Program-made: the position numbers and the translations under genes | In this document: positions 57,396 through 57,429 of the stretch, in pieces | Layout: the number at the start of each line of letters is the position of its first letter | Numbering within the stretch: the first letter of the stretch is position 1 | Origin: Thraustochytrium aureum | Lineage: Eukaryota | Assembly: GCA_012862495.1 (NCBI GenBank) | Contig: BLSG01000378.1 | Coordinates: forward strand, 103,866-161,294 | Length of the DNA: 57,429 nt | Reading direction: 5' to 3' | Notes under the pieces: model-generated | Seen by the model: only the letters and a program-made list of their open reading frames with translations | The model's database searches: none | What the model was told of the DNA's origin: nothing

Positions 57396-57429
57396 CCTCT
57401 CCAGTCCCAGGCCCTCCTCGACCAGGCCG

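Overview
A GC-rich, gene-dense, intron-poor eukaryotic scaffold (GT-AG introns, SUMO, SEC22, MCM10, CDT1, PIG-B). It is most consistent with a heterotrophic stramenopile such as a thraustochytrid; that assignment is inference. The draft has many N gaps and many single-base frameshifts, often at homopolymers, so most genes were rebuilt by joining ORF frames. About 28 genes are supported. Recognisable ones: PSP1-C protein, SERINC, alpha-aminoadipate/kynurenine aminotransferase, an ER thioredoxin-fold protein ending in RDEL, EFCAB10-like, REEP/HVA22, a TPR protein, DGAT2, MCU, a BART protein, MCM10, WW+SPAG7-like, NAP1, gamma-glutamyl hydrolase, PIG-B, a NAK kinase, SUMO, CDT1, SEC22, RNase H2A and TRAP-gamma. 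The most interesting items are: (1) three tandem paralogues of an unrecognised ~10-TM membrane protein family; (2) a membrane protein with an N-terminal AIM/LIR-like motif and three Cys-rich lectin-like repeats, a candidate ER-phagy-type receptor; (3) a DGAT2 with a duplicated 4-TM N-terminal module and seven clustered GTGACG motifs upstream; (4) an FN3-WW-EF-WW-EF-SAM protein; (5) recurring ATCGAT palindromes upstream of genes. No CRISPR array, rRNA, tRNA or mobile element was seen.
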